A stretch of DNA of 62,058 bases, the filler included. It is 7 parts of 7 records of this genome, joined end to end, with 100 filler letters (N's around TTAATTAATTAA, not from the genome) between each part and the next. Parts side by side here need not be neighbours in the genome. Positions count along the whole stretch, not along the records: positions 54,724 to 62,058 come from SRR31147125_74600; 6 more parts are not named here. One strand, given 5' to 3'. The position numbers and the translations under genes were made by a program. Each line of letters starts with the position of its first letter. Position 1 is the first letter of the stretch. Positions 61,993 to 62,058 of the stretch are shown here, in pieces. The notes under the pieces are model-generated. The model was not told the DNA's origin, made no database searches, and was given only the letters and a program-made list of their open reading frames with translations.

Positions 61993-62058
61993 AATAATGC
62001 TTTCTAAAACAGTTCGTTGTAGTTATTAATATGAAAAACCTCATGCTCATCGGTTCGA

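Noticed and set aside
62031-62058. GGTTCGA at the window end as a tRNA T-loop, or a divergent ORF start MKNLMLIGS
   Set aside because: No upstream cloverleaf can be formed, and too little sequence remains to support either call.

Overview
The window is not one locus. It is seven unrelated metagenomic contigs joined by six artificial 100-nt spacers (44 N + TTAATTAATTAA + 44 N). Many single-base frameshifts, mostly in homopolymers, look like sequencing errors. (1) 1-9048: sugar/glycerol-type ABC importer with two ATPases, then a decayed accessory stretch (integrase relic, transglutaminase-like gene, truncated Tat-signal start, MarC, RND relic, DUF3604). (2) 9149-14846, the most interesting contig: a four-gene sulfur/electron-transfer cluster. 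It encodes an octaheme tetrathionate reductase (Otr)-family cytochrome, a 904-aa Otr-like heptaheme protein that appears to lack the catalytic heme motif and is fused to a cytochrome b, and two YeeE/YedE proteins. The second YeeE is fused to a Cys-rhodanese and, after correcting a one-base frameshift, ends in a SoxY-like KVTRQGGCG tail. (3) 14947-23431: pur operon with a class II PurE and a PurQ-PurS-PurS fusion. (4) 23532-33395: Bacteroidota housekeeping genes (uvrD/pcrA, Asp-type murA, birA, rsfS, ftsH, cdsA, psd). (5) 33496-41700: Desulfuromonadales-like glyA-nrdR-rib-nusB-hom operon. (6) 41801-54623: Desulfuromonadales-like RND gene, Rieske/cyt b/pentaheme complex, hpt, a ferredoxin missed by the ORF track, ackA, diguanylate cyclase, radical SAM, rhomboid and FAH genes. 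(7) 54724-62058: aapQMP amino-acid ABC transporter and nadCAB. No rRNA, tRNA or CRISPR array was recognised. All family calls come from motif recognition by eye; no database search was run.
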